Assembly: GCA_012026655.1 (NCBI GenBank)
Contig: JAAILG010000146.1
Coordinates: 62,001 to 126,000 of the forward strand
Reading direction: 5' to 3'
Length of the DNA: 64,000 bases
Origin: Hydrolagus affinis
Taxonomy: Eukaryota
In this document: positions 12,687 through 26,100 of the stretch, piece by piece
Position numbering within the stretch: the first letter of the stretch is position 1
Layout: each line of letters starts with the position of its first letter
Program-made: the position numbers and the translations under genes
Notes under the pieces: generated by a model
The model's database searches: none
Seen by the model: the letters and a program-made list of their open reading frames with translations, nothing else
Told to the model about the DNA's origin: nothing

Positions 12687-13903
12687 GCCATCTCATAAAT
12701 CACAGATATTTGCAGTGTAGAAGGAGGGCTTTTCAGCTTGTTGAGTTTTCTTAGGCTCTCAGGGTAAGCTGTCCATTCAAACTCACCACCCTGCCCTATA
12801 CCCATATCCCTTCAAGCCTTGACTTTTCATTTACCTGCTGATTTCCTTCTTAAAATGGATTCACAGTGTGCCATTGGAAGGGTTGTGTAGGTTAAGGGTG
12901 TCCTGCCTCTGAGCCTTAATCATGCCCTAAACGGTCTGAGATGCTGCCCGCCACGGGGGTGCACTATATAAATGCAAGTTGTTGTTGCCTGCTAGTTTTG
13001 TGAGAACTTAGTGTGTGGCAGTGGGTGGAGATGAAAGAAAATAACTTACAAATGGAGGGAACTGGGTGCGTGGGGGGGTGAATGATTAGATCCCATTCCT
13101 CTGCCACTGAACAATGACTAACTAACCACATATGTGGTCAGTTTCATTGAAGTGTAGCACACTTCAATGTAGACACAAAAAAATCTTTACATTTTCTGCA
13201 ATTTTTAAAAAAAATGGATTTGTGACTGACATCAACTAAAATAAACAACTTTGTTTTTGTTCAGCCAGTAGTTTGACACATTCCCTGATTAAGAGTCTCA
13301 GTTTCAGATACCAAGAACCCACTGAAGCAGTTTCTTTTTCTCTATACCTGAGTATGAAATCTCTGCCCCGCTGATTTGTACCCAGAGCAAAGCCAAAACA
13401 TAGGGGTGCTGCCAACAATAAGATGTACAGCTTGCCATTACAGGGCACTGGTAAGATTCTTGCTGCTTGTTCAACACCTCACCCATTACGGTGCTCTTTG
13501 CAGGGTTATCAGATGGGGAAAAGCTTGTTCTCCACTAACATGTCAAGTAGTATTGATGAGTCAGGCTTGCTGGTCAATCATCAACATGGCCCTGGTGTAC
13601 TGCAAGCCTACCTCGCTCGGGTACTGGATCACTGAGTTCACCGAAGGGAGTTTAACTCAGTTCCACTCTCTCCTAGTCGGCAACACCACCAAGGAGCATC
13701 TAAACCCCAGAGAGACTGCACTTTGTTCTCAAACACTTCCCCTTCCTCAGCCATGAAGATAGTCACCAGGTGAATATCAGGATAGTGACCAGTGCAGAAC
13801 TGAACACTTGCTGGATATGAAAATATAAATACAAGTTACACTGAAACATCAAGAATTTTTCCTTAGTGAAGCGAACCATGAGAATGCTCAAGTTTAGCAT
13901 TAC

Positions 13904-14200
13904 AATAATAATAATCCTTGCATTTTGATATAGCGCTTTTCACGTCTTCTGGGTGTCACAAAATGCTTCACAGAATGTACTGTAAAGTAAATTGACTGTA
14001 TATATATGGGTGAAACGTGGCAGCCAATTGCGCATAGCAATGTCCCACAAACAGTCATGAATTGGAATGACCAATTTATTACTGCTTTTATTATTAGGCA
14101 TGTGGAGAAAGGAAACTTGCCCAAGGTTTCTTCCTGCCTGGATTTGAACCCAGGTCTCATGCTTGTAAAGCAAGTGCTCTAACCACTGAGCCACAGGACT
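13904..14200 (-). mobile_element. Composite tRNA SINE, full-length short form
   Basis: Reverse complement of the head, body and tail seen at 17170 and 58011. Confidence 0.92.
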
Positions 14201-14224
14201 GAGCATTGTAACATTAACACCCAC

Positions 14225-14470
14225 AGAGATCTAAAGGACTGAACTTGCAAAGGGATATATAGACAGGTTAAGTGAGGGCAAGATGGTGGCAGATGGAGTA
14301 TAATGTGGGGATGTGTGAAGTTATTCACCTAGCTGGAAAAAATAGAAAAGAAGATTATTTTCTAGCGGGGGCGAGACTAGGTAGTGTTAGAAGTCAGAGG
14401 GGATTAGGTGTTCTTGTACACCAATCACAGAAAGTTATTATGCAGATACAGCAACCTATTAGAAAGATTG
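14225..14470 (+). mobile_element. CR1 LINE RT fragment, left part
   Basis: WQMEYNVGMCEVIHL...GLGVLVHQSQKV..QIQQPIRK. Confidence 0.88.
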
Positions 14471-14473
14471 ATT

Positions 14474-15177
14474 AGTTCTGAATGCTGCCGGTAGTGGCAC
14501 TTCTGGTTTTTCATCTTAAAGGGATACTGTTTTTCCTCTCTCTCTTCCTCTTTCTTTCTCTCTCTCCCTCTCCTACCTTCCTCTCTATCTCTCCCTCTCT
14601 CTTTCTATCTCTTCCCCTTTCTTTATTTCCCTCTCTCTCTGACAGATAGTACATTCCCTGTGTAGCCTAACGATATTGTGGGTTTATACACTGTTTTGGT
14701 GGAGGGGCTGGAGGGGGAGAGAGGTGGGGGGAGGAGGGGAGAGAGAGGGGGGGGTGAGTTGATTAATTTAGATGGAAAATGAGAGGAGTGGAGGGGAGTT
14801 GAGTTTGGAGCCATTAAGATGCCAGACTGACTGAGTTTGTGTGTGAAAGAGAGAGAAAAGGAAGGAAAAAGAGAAAGAAAAAAAAGAGGAAAATAAAGAC
14901 ATTACAGTACCGCTTTAACAGTACAGTCCGCCGTTGTAGAAGTTTGCTTTGTGATTGTGTGCTGTGTTTATAGACTATAATCAATATTTATTGCTTTATT
15001 GGTAAGTATCCATACAATATTCTGTTATTATTTAGTCTATTATTAATATGGTATGTTTAAAAAAAAGTAAAAAAAATTTGTGTTGGGTTTTCGGCAGCTG
15101 GCCGCTCGAATATTCGGCACGTGGTTTAACCGGCATTGGCCAGGACCTGAGGGTGCTGGATAAACAGGCTTTTACTG
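14474..15177. mobile_element. Longer member of the same Tc1/mariner family, left end missing
   Basis: Ends in gctggataaacaggcttttactg followed by TA (15178-15179). The last ~100 bp are homologous to 7480-7565. Interior has CT- and GA-rich tracts; left boundary uncertain. Confidence 0.7.
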
Positions 15178-15179
15178 TA

Positions 15180-15672
15180 CTTGCCTTAGAGGGGGCAACG
15201 TAGATTCACTAGGTTGGTTCCTTGGGTGAGGGGGTTGACCTACCAGGAAAGCATGAGTAAATTAGGCCTATATTCTCTAGAATATAGAAGAATTAGAGGT
15301 GATCTTATAAAAACCTATAAGTTTCTTAAGGGCCGTGACAGGGTAGATGTTGTGAGACATTTCCCCTGGTTGGAGAATCTAAAACTAGGGGTCATCATCT
15401 CAGGATTAAAGATCAACCTTTTAAAACTGAGTTGATAAAACATTTCCTCACTCGGAGGGTAGTGAATTTATGGAATTCTCTGCCCCAGAAGCCTGTGGAT
15501 GCTCAGCATTGAACACATTCAAAACTGAGATCGATAGTTTTTTAAAAGCTTAAGGGTCATGGGGATAGGGCGGGGAAATGGAATTAGGATAGAAAATCAA
15601 CCATCATCTTATTAAATGGCGGGCAGGCTCGGGGGACGAATGGCCTACTCCTGCTCCTATTTCTTATGTTCT
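15180..15672 (+). mobile_element. CR1 LINE 3' end, right part
   Basis: LALEG..RRFTRLVP..LGLYSLEYRRIRGDLIKTYKFLKG; tail gaatggcctactcctgctcctatttcttatgttct. Confidence 0.92.
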
Positions 15673-15829
15673 TTGCATCCGGCACCTTTTCTCCCTTATG
15701 TTTAGTAGTGCCTTTCACATGGGGCAGATGTCCCAAAGCAAGATATCTGTTTAGACTCAGAATGAGATATGTGATATTTTCATCTTTGGCGGTCGCATCA
15801 GAGCGAATGAGGAGATCCATGTAATGGGA

Positions 15830-16167
15830 TCTCCGACCTCTCCGACCTCTTCTCTTCTCAAAACAGCACTTGTTGCCTTCACTCTTCACTCTGGCCTCCT
15901 CCTTTATCCCCCAAATCCTCCGCTCCAGCATCGGCAGCCCTGCCTTCAGCCACTACACTCCAAGGCTCTGGAACTCCCTTCCTCACTCTCTTCTCCTCTC
16001 CACCTCTCTTCCCAGTTTCAGGTCTCTAAAGACTTTCTCTTCGACCGCGCCTTCGGTTACCTTTCTCTCGCTGCCCCTGGCTCACCCCCGGGATCTGTTA
16101 TTGTGAAGCGCTCTGAGACGCCGTCTGGTGTGGAGGTTGCTTTATAAATCAAAGTTGTTGTTGTTGT
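15830..16167 (+). mobile_element. L2 3' fragment (second tail type)
   Basis: AFSHYTPRLWNSLP; tail as at 36917-36993. Confidence 0.88.
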
Positions 16168-16709
16168 AACGTGGTTGGTGTAAAGGTTCTCATTTTTATG
16201 CTTACAGGTTCTTGTATAATATAAGTTGACAGGTTCTTGCATAGTATGTCAAAGTGTCTCATTTAGACCAATAAATGTGAACAGTCCAGCTGTGGAGTGT
16301 AGAATTCAGAGGTGCTACAGAAACACTGTAAGGCCGTGTAAGTGTTGGGGCTGTCTGTGTTACGGTGGGGCTGTCTGCTCCAGTGGCACCTGCAAATGTT
16401 TGGAGGTGGAGATGATCCTCTGAACATGTAGACAAAATGACAGCTGTGCCCTTAGATGACCGCCCAAATTAACAATCAGTGGACAATGTGGGTGGGTGAC
16501 TTGAAATAAAATGGTACGGTACAGGATTGACATTGCAACAGAAAGGTCACGGGACATGTTTGACTTAGAGGGAAAGTTTATGACACATACTTAAAATGCC
16601 AGAATGACAGGGAAATGTATTGCAATCATTTATTAGGCAAAGTTATAAATGTGCAAAAAGCAAGATCATGCAAATTACAATGAGTTTGCTAAACTGGGAG
16701 AACTAATAC

Positions 16710-17168
16710 AATATAAATTTACATTTGTAAAGTGCCTTTTACATCAGGAGGACATCCCAAAGCACTAAACAGTCAGGGATTAGAACCTGAGCAAGGCGGG
16801 GGGTTGGAATCAGGGAGTGTATAGGGCAGGAGGGTGACTAAAGGCAGCTTTGAAGAGGAGGGTCTTGATGTGTGCCTAGAGGATGCAAGGGAGGGAGCAA
16901 GGCAAAGGGAATGTGTAATGAAGTTCCAGAGGATGAGGGCAGAGTGCCAGAAGGCCCGAAAGCCTATGGTGAGAGACATGGAGCGGGCTGAAGCCTTTGA
17001 GGGATGGGGAGTCGGGCAATGGTGGATGTGATGGGTCACAAAACCTGGTGCAGGAGAGGACACAAGCTTCAGAATTTTGCATGCTCTGCAGATTGTGGAG
17101 GGAAGAGTTAGGAAGGCCAACAAGCAGGGCGTTGGCATAGTCGAGCCTGGTTGGAATGAAGGCATGTA
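16710..17168 (-). mobile_element. L2 3' fragment
   Basis: IHAFIPTRLDYANALLVGLPNSSLHNLQ; tail at 16710-16770. Confidence 0.88.
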
Positions 17169-17169
17169 T

Positions 17170-17482
17170 GGAGTCCTGTAGCTCAGTGGTTAGAGCACTC
17201 GCCTTACAAATGTGAGACCTGTGTTTCGAATCCAGGCAGGTCAAGACGAAAGCTTGGGCAAGTTTCCTTACTCCACATGCCTAATGATAATCCGTACAAA
17301 AAAAACACATATAATAAATTGGTTATTTCATTCCACGACTGTTTGTGAGACCTTGCTGTGCGAAATTGGCTGCCGCATTTTGCCCACAAACATAGTCAAT
17401 TAACTTTACAGTATATTCTGTGAAGCGCTTTGAGATGTCTAGAAGACATGAAAATTACTATATCAAAATGCAAGGATTATTA
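17170..17482 (+). mobile_element. Composite tRNA SINE, full-length short form
   Basis: A box tagctcagtgg, B box gtttcgaatcc, cttgggcaagtttccttactcc, Deu-like 3' segment, L2-type tail. Confidence 0.92.
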
Positions 17483-19231
17483 GTATATACTTAGAGAGAT
17501 CGAGGAGGACATGGACACAGGGCTCTCTGTATGTATCACAGGAAAGAATTTTTAATAGTTTATATCACCTTGCTTCAGCCATCATTACTCCTATGCTCAA
17601 AAGAAAAGTTGTCAGAAGGGGGAGGTGCAGTGAGCGCCTGACCAGTGATCAGACCAGTGATGAGAACACTCCCTCATTGCAAAGGCAACACTGGAAATAT
17701 TTAAGATGTTTTTTGGTCAGTCAGTTTGATGTTTGGCATAGGTGGATACTTAGGATAGCAAAGTGTCTGGATTGGAGGAATGCACCCTTGTTATCTAATT
17801 CCAGAGAATATTAGGCTTGGTAAGAGCCATGGCTTGGGGACCTCATAGTGTGTACTATTGGAATTACAAAATCAGCTAAAGCGCATAGGTTGGCATTGAA
17901 AGCACCATCCGACAAGCTTCTCTTTGCTTGTCTAGCTAAGACCACCCTGGTCATTTGGGCTCTGGCTTTCAGGGTTAACAGGAACAAAATGGAAAGAATC
18001 CTTGTCCCCAAGTCACTGATCATATGTTTAGGAGAAGGTTTGGAGGGAGTATGGAAATTGAAGCAAAGGTAAGATTGGTGATAGGTATCATTCTGTTCTG
18101 ATATTATCTGAATTGGATCAGAAGAAAGAGTCCATAAACACAACAACAACAAAATTACATTTATACAGCGCCTTTCACGTCGGGAGGACGTCCCAAGGCG
18201 CTGGGAGTATAAAAACAAGTAGTGACAAAAGTAGAATATAAGTAAAGCCTTAATGCTGCCTTAATCTTGGGAAGTAATTATGTCTCATGCAACGAACAGT
18301 CCATGGACATCACACTGACCCCCTGAGGATCTGGCTCTGAAGTGCAATTGAGTTGAAGCAGAGTTCTCAATTGAGTTGAAGCTGTACACTTTATACCCTG
18401 AAGGATTTTTCAGTGCAAGTGTAGCATCACTTGCCCTGCCCATTTCCTGACCAGCACATTTCCACCATGCCTTAATAAGCAGATACCGCATTCATACTAT
18501 AACAAAAATGATGTTGATTTATTTTAGATTGAAGTGTGTCATTCTTTAACTGTGCATAAAGAATAAGGCTTGGATTGTACAAATTCAGACCGAGCAAACA
18601 CCTGCCAGCTACGTCAAATTGTCATTTCATGACTGTCGGCATATGTAGGTGAAAATAAGAATACATTAGCAGAGTTCATGGGAACAACCAGCCAATGTGA
18701 TCCACCGGCACCTGCCTGCAGTCACTGCTATGCTGATAGCCCCCAGGTGCATACACTGCTGTTGTGGGTTAGTGGCTGTGCAATGGCTGAATTACCTCCT
18801 TCAATCATTAATTTGATGATGAGACACTACTAAACGGCATCTATACAATTGCACAGGCAAAACCAGAACGAAAATAGAGGGAGCGAGGGAGCATTTGAGT
18901 TGAGTTGTGAATCTATTCACAAGATTAGTTTGGATGAAGAACAACAACAATAAAATTACATTAATAGCACATTAATAGCACGTCTTTCACGTGGGGAGGA
19001 CATCCTAAGGCTCTGAACAGTCAGTGGGCGGGACCCGAGCACGGGAGAGGGGGAGAGGGAAGGACAGGGAGAGACATATCTGATCGGCACATTTGATCTC
19101 ATCCCTCCAGAATACCCTATCATCCGCTGTGTTTTAAAGTGAGTTCAGTGTCCTGGCCTCAACCACCCTTCCTATCACTCTGTTCTCATTGTTAGTTTTT
19201 GTCCGGTAAACCAAAACCGCTTAGTAAAAAA

Positions 19232-19401
19232 AACCGCAAAATACTGCAGATACTGGAAATCTGAAACAAACACAGAAGTCACTGGAAACACTCAGCAGTT
19301 CAGGCAGTATCTATGGACTCACTTTGTGGACGCACTTTTCCTTTCTCTATAGATGCTGCCTGACCTGCTGAGTGTTCCCAGCAATTTCTGTTTTTGTTTC
19401 A
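19232..19401. mobile_element. Inverted pair of Penelope terminal sequences
   Basis: Arms 19262-19317 and 19346-19401 are near reverse complements; both match 29404-29459. Confidence 0.85.
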
Positions 19402-19702
19402 AAACTTCTTGGTGTCTGTCCTGAAATTGTCCTTTCAATTTGTTTCTGTGATGCAGTATAGCTTTAAATGCTTTTGCACTTTAGTGAAATGTTTGACATA
19501 TTCTGTGATTATGGTCTTGTCAGCCTCTCCATGCTGAGGGCTGGATTCCCAATGCTCACATTTTAAGCTTGAAATGAAGGCTGAGTGTGACATTTTTCAT
19601 ATCATCTTCCACTCACTGTTACAATGCATCTTGAATATTGTACTTTGCATTCCAACAACAAAACAGTGGAACCATGAAAGATAACATTAAAAGGCATTAA
19701 AT

Positions 19703-20610
19703 CACAACAAAAACAACAACTTGTATTTATATAGCGCCCTTCACATGGGATAGTGTTTTAGAATCCTTAATAGTTGCAGAGCTTGATGTCAGGTTGGAAA
19801 GGGGCAGGAGTTGCCAATAGGTACAGTTGAAAATGAAGCTCTTCAGATGTGCTCTGAAGACAGGGAAGGAGGCGGCAAGGCAGTGGGAATGGGGTGAAAT
19901 CCAGGCTTATTGGCTGAAAGCACAGATGCCTATGTGGAGCAGAGTGGGTGAGGGATGTGCAGGAAGCTGATGCCAATAGCAAAGGCAGCAGGCAGTGGTT
20001 GAGGGGTAAGCAGGTTGGAGAGGCAGTTAGGTGCCAGGACATGAAGTGATTGTACGTGAGTTTGAGGATTGTGAAATCAATCTGTTCTGCAATAGGATGC
20101 CAGTGGAGCCTGACAAGAACGGGGGGAGAGGGCTACAGAGTTTGGTATGGGTGAGAATACCGATAGTGAAGTTTTTAATTAAATGGAAGTTATAAATGGT
20201 GGAGCTGGGAGACTGGTAAGGGGGGGGGAGGGGGGAATTGGTATAATCAAGCCTGGAGGTGACAAATGGGTGAATAAGGATTTCCCTGCAATGGATGTGA
20301 GGTACGATTGGAGATGGGCAATGTTACGAAGGTGAAGGGTCCTGGTCAGGGATGGAATGTGGTGTACAGCTGGGGATTAAATGTAACACCTAGGTTATGC
20401 ACAGGTTCATTGAGTCTGAGGCGCAGATGAAAAGACAATGTCAGAAGCCAAGGAGGAAGGCTTCTGTCTTGCCACATTTAGCTGCAGAAAATTGGCTCAC
20501 ATCAGGTCTTAGTGCCTGACAAGCAAGAGGACAGAACATTGGTGGACCTGGGTCACAGCTGGAAGAGGAGAAGTAGATTTGGGTGTCATCCAAATATGTC
20601 TGGAAGAAGA
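19703..20610 (-). mobile_element. Old, heavily decayed L2
   Basis: Tail acaacaacttgtatttatatagcgcccttcac; faint ORF2 similarity along the length. Confidence 0.7.
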
Positions 20611-22207
20611 AAGCTAGATGATTAACTGAATACGAGACTTAATCGTTGACTGGAAATAGCACAAGAGGAAATTGTGGAGCAAAGTGTAAATTTGCGGTAC
20701 GTTTTCTGGGTTTAGTCATGTGCTACAGTATAGAAAATTCATTTTTATATTTACAGTCCTGTACCTGCAATGCTGCTGCATCCATGCTCGAAGGCAGGCA
20801 ATTCTATAAACAACTCATTTCTGCACCTTCATGGTACTTTGCAGTTGATACCCATTGACATCCTCACTCATGCCAGTTTTGACTTACATTACTAACTAGC
20901 ACTACAAGTGAATTTTTACAGGTTGAAGTGGGTTATAAATTGCAACAAGCACTGTTAAGTGCCTTGTGATGCCTTCCAGATGTGAAAAGCACTAAATAAA
21001 TGTTAATTTGTATTGTGTTGTGTTGTTGACATGTTGTCCCACTGGCCATATCTTTACTGATATTTTAGGTCCTCAAAAAGTAAGCACAATGTTTAACATA
21101 AATAGCAGAACATTTCCTGTTTGTCTTAATTATTCTGTAGCAATGCGGCCACAACAGGTTCAGTTTTGTGGCCAAAGACATTAACGATAATAAAAATAAT
21201 AATAGTCCTTGCATTTGATGTGATGCCTGATCACGCCATTGAATGTCTTTTCATGATGGGAGGAAGGATTTTAGTGTAAAGTACAGTGACTGTTTATTCA
21301 TAGGCAAAAGCAAAAAGCATTTAGGTACACATCTAGGTCAGCGAGATTATGCCCCTATACTGGAGTTGGAGAAGTAACTTGTTCAGACCTCCAAAGAACC
21401 ACTCACACCTAACAAGAGTTAGCAAGACAATTCATCAGATTCAACCCAGAACTAGTCCCAGGACTCCTCTGACCTTTGAGTTCTTTTGTTTGCCATTTTG
21501 GTGAGAAATTGCATCATGCTGTTTTCCATTCAATGTTTTGTTAATGATTTAATGACTTGAAATGTACATTATAAAAGACTCATAATCTGTTGGCTCATTG
21601 GTTTCTTTTATAATTTTTTAATCCGTGTAACTTTTTAAACTAACATTCTGCAGCGACAACGTCAAGCACAATTTTTGCAATTAAGAAATTATTTTAATGC
21701 ATGATTAATATAACAGTGCTAAATAAATACGGTTGAATAGTAAGCAATTGACAACCCATATCATTTCTTCTCCAGTGATTATTGTAATCTTTTGTTCAAA
21801 AATAATAACTTGTGTTTAGTGTAGGTTCATCATTATCTGTGGAACATCCTTTTGTATCTATATCACTGAAAGAGATCAGAAATAGATGCTGCTACGCAAC
21901 TTTGGTACTTAGAATTAGCCAAATATTCACATCCTCCTGGCATAAAAGGCTCTGTACAAATGTAATTTTGTATTGTTTATATTCCTGCTACAATAATATT
22001 TTTGGCCTGATTTGCGGGCCTTTGCTCATCCAAAGCTTTGAGTTATAAAAATGAAGCCAAATTTATAGATTCCTGTTGTACAAAAGAAATGTTGTTGTAA
22101 AGTTTGGATTAGCACAAGGCTTACAATAATGATAGTAATAAAAAAGAATCTTTGCATTTCATATAGTACCTTTCACACCAGGAGGATGTCTTAAGGTGCT
22201 TCATAGG

Positions 22208-22307
22208 NNNNNNNNNNNNNNNNNNNNNNNNNNNNNNNNNNNNNNNNNNNNNNNNNNNNNNNNNNNNNNNNNNNNNNNNNNNNNNNNNNNNNNNNNNNNN
22301 NNNNNNN
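22208..22307. other. Assembly gap (100 N)
   Basis: Run of N next to a SINE/L2 tail. Confidence 1.
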
Positions 22308-22827
22308 AAGATAAAGGCTCCAAAAGGCACTCTATTCTAGGATATTGTTCAAAGACGTATAAGAATGAAGGCACTTTTTGATACTGTAAAGCTTCATATT
22401 CTGTGTCTGAGAAGGTAGCATTGCCATTTTATTGTCTTTAACTACTATTTATTGATTGCTACATGAATAATTTCAGGTTACAGTAGTCGCTAGATACATG
22501 CTTACACTGGAGAAACATTCCATTGTTTGAACTGTGCAATTATACATGTACTTGCACCAAGTCTCATCGTTCATCATTTAAACATGCATATGGCTGCAGC
22601 CTGCTTGGCTAAAGTCAGAACTGGATAAAGTCGGATCATTGTCCATAATTAAACATGTGTCTTCATTAACGTAGCTGCACAAGGCCTGAAATTCCACCTA
22701 GTCTCAGCCTGCAGAGACCATTTAGGTTTAAAATTTAAGAATGTGCACACAGTATAGTATTGAGGAAATTTCTTAACCAGGTTCCAAATAAAATGGTCTT
22801 AAAGATTAAGACTAGGTGGAATTTCTA

Positions 22828-23149
22828 GCTCCTGTAGCTCAGTGGTTAGAGTACTTGCCTTACAAGCGTGAGACCTGTGTTCGAATCCAGGCAGATCAAG
22901 GCGAAACCTTGGGCAAGTTTCCTTACTCCACACACATGCCTAATAATAATCCGTCCAAAAAAAACACAATAATAAAAATTGGTTATTTCAATCCACGACT
23001 GTGGGACACTGCTATGCGCAATTGGTTGCCGCATTTCGCCCACAAAATATACAGACAATTCACTTTATAGTACATTCTTTGAAGCACTTTGAGACGTTGA
23101 TAAGATGTGAAAAGTGCTATATCAAATGCAAAGATTATTATTATTATTA
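22828..23149 (+). mobile_element. Composite tRNA SINE, full-length short form
   Basis: Shares the caggca-gatcaa-ggcgaaac head insertion with the 17170 copy. Confidence 0.92.
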
Positions 23150-26100
23150 ATTTCAGGCAAACGTGTCCCAGCTTGGCAGAGAGCTCATAAATGCAACCAA
23201 CATCAATGGGGTCTAATATGTGTCCGAACTTATTGGCATTAAATGCCAATGTTATCTTCTCGGACACAGAATAATATGAAGCTTTACAGTAGCTATATGT
23301 GCCTTCAGCCCTATAAGGCAATAGGCATTCAGCCCTCTAAGGATAGGAATAAGGCAAGGCAGTGGAATTGAATGAATATCTTGCACTGAGAGGCAGTGTA
23401 GACTTGATGGGCTAGATGCAATCCTTCTCTGTGTAAGCTTCTCTAAGAATGATGGTTATGAAATTTGGACACAATTATGTTTTCTGCCGTGTACAAAATT
23501 CTAAAGATGGGCTTAAACCTTCAAACTAAGGACCGGAAGGCAAACAGAAAGTGAAGTAGAATTTTTTTTAAAAGTGAGTTAATGGTCATGTGGACCAATC
23601 TATGGGCACAGGTGGCGGAAGAAGGAACTATAAAGGCTTTCAACAAGGAACTATATGAGTTCCTGTAAATTTAAAGGATGCAGGGCAATTTTGTGATGAG
23701 ATTGATGTGAGGAAGGAATCTTTTGAGAAGTTGGAAGGGTAGGATAGATGGACCAATGATCTAGTCCAGCCTGAAGCTATTACAATGTAACAATTCAACA
23801 GTTGTCACAGTACATGGGGCACAATGTATGTGGAATACAATTAGATAGGAAACAACATGAAAAATGAGTCATAATATAAGAGCTATTTGAGTGTGATTAA
23901 CATATATTGGTCAGGAAAATGTTTAAAGAGCATAAAGTGTGTTTTCAGCAATGGCTGGCCTGAATTCAATCACATCTATGTATTCATAAGCTATCAGAGA
24001 GGTGCACATGAGAAAATATTTTTTTTATATCTTGCACTCTCCCATACATTGGTCTCTATTTATTACCATAATCCTGATGCTGCTAACAGAAATTGTCAAA
24101 ATTTATTGCTAAGCAAATAAAGAGAAGAGGCATTCAACTAAAACTGTTTTATCTGCCAGGTTCTCTCCCCATTATGTCTGGATGCACATACAGGCACATG
24201 TGTAATTTCCCACATGGCCTTTGTGAGAGACACTAACAGTCTGATTGAAGAAAGCCACTTGTCAAGCTCAGTAGAAAGATACTGCGTTTTAAGTTACCAA
24301 TCATATCTTTTGCTCGTCGATGACTAACACTAGCCATTTTTGCATCACTGGATTTCCCATTATAAATACTCTACTTACAAAACGATTGCTAGCATTTGTG
24401 ATCAGAGACAATTTAGAGTTTGCAGACAGACTGTGCACAGATACAAGATCAAGGGATTGTGCTCCACTCGGTCTCCTCAAAAAGGAACCTTGAAAGCTGA
24501 TGAGAGGAATACACTTATCAAATAGTTTTTTTCCAATTGATAAGGAAACGCTGTGGTGTTAATAGGCAGGGTCATAAACAGACTACATAGATGGTTCAAA
24601 AGGAACCATTTTAACAAACCTATGGTAATGGCAAGTAAAAATGCAACTTGGAATTTGTTGAAAATCTGATAGACAAAGTATGTTAATCAAATAATAATAA
24701 TAGAATATAATAATATGACATACAGATGAAAAATCCAGGCAAGTGGCTGGTCAGGCAGGTAGCATTTTTTTGCTTCTGTTAACTTGCTGAACATTTTTAA
24801 CCTTTTCAGAATGTCCTTTTTAGTTTTACGTTGACTTGTTAGTAGCATTTACCAAGAACTGCTGTCTGCTCATCAGACAATCAAAATTTTGATTCCAAAC
24901 ATGAATGGACTGCAATAGGCAATGACAGATAATGTTAGTCTAATGGCGGCTTCAGTTACCATTCCCATACTTACAATGAACTCAGCTTCCAACGACTACA
25001 GTCTTCAGCTTCTCAATCATATCAAAACCACTCTATTGTCAATTATTAAACAGGTAGCTAGTGAGAAGGCATTTTTGACAACATTCTCACCTGAATCATT
25101 CAATGTTACAGAACAGAAATGGTCTTTTGGGCTTTGCTGGTGTTTTCCCCCACACGTACCACCTTATCAAATCCTGCACTTCTGAATGTTTGCCTTTAAC
25201 ATTAAATTTTTACTGTCTGATTCTTTTAAAAAGAATGTATAGATTCTCCTTGAAAGCAAATCATCTCACACAAGAACATAGAAAGTTGACTAGAGCAAAA
25301 TATTTAAAGAATCCCAAAACAAACTGCCATTAAATAACCACATGTAAACATTACAATACGCCAGAAATGTGACGTTTAATTCCTGCCCACACTTAAAAAA
25401 AATAGAAATTATCCACAAGTAGAAAGGTAAGTGAAGGGTTAGCAGACCCATGGAAGGTCAGTGATATGTCACAGCTAAATCCTTGTGATCAGCCAAATGC
25501 ATAAGATTTGTCTACACGTACCCTGAATATATTGAGTTTACTTAAAAATATGACCTGTAGTTTTCAACTTGTGCAGAAAGTCATCATAAAATGTTTCCTC
25601 CCCTCATGATTTACTTCACAAACTCCAAACATATTAAAGGGAGCAGGAAAACCTCTGAAACCACATTGAAACCTGGGCGAGCAATGTTGCATTTGAATAC
25701 AGGGCCCCAAGTACGCTGACTGGGAAAATGAAGAAAAATAGGGTAATTATTAGGTTCACAAAAGGTAGTGCTACTTATCACGGCTTATTGCCTGACATTA
25801 TTTCTAAGAATGTATCTTGCTTTCAGTGATTGTGCACTGACAGAAATCACCTTGAAGAATTGTGCCTTCTTTACTCAACTGTGCAGCTTTTCTGACTGGG
25901 GTTACAGTGGCTTGTATGGACGATGTGCATCTACACTTCCTGTGTAGATGCAGTCAAATTATTGCTCTCTATACATACAGAATAATAGATGCCTGCCAGT
26001 GACATACAATGGCGTATTGAATCAAGGTGCTCTGATGGCATTATATACTATACAAAAGGAAACCTGAGTGGCTTTCAAGCCCAGAAATCAATGATTGCTT

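Noticed and set aside
17170-17245. tRNA-like sequences here and at 22828, 31028, 50327, 58011 and 60307
   Set aside because: Each continues into the same SINE body and carries independent mutations, so these are SINE heads rather than tRNA genes.
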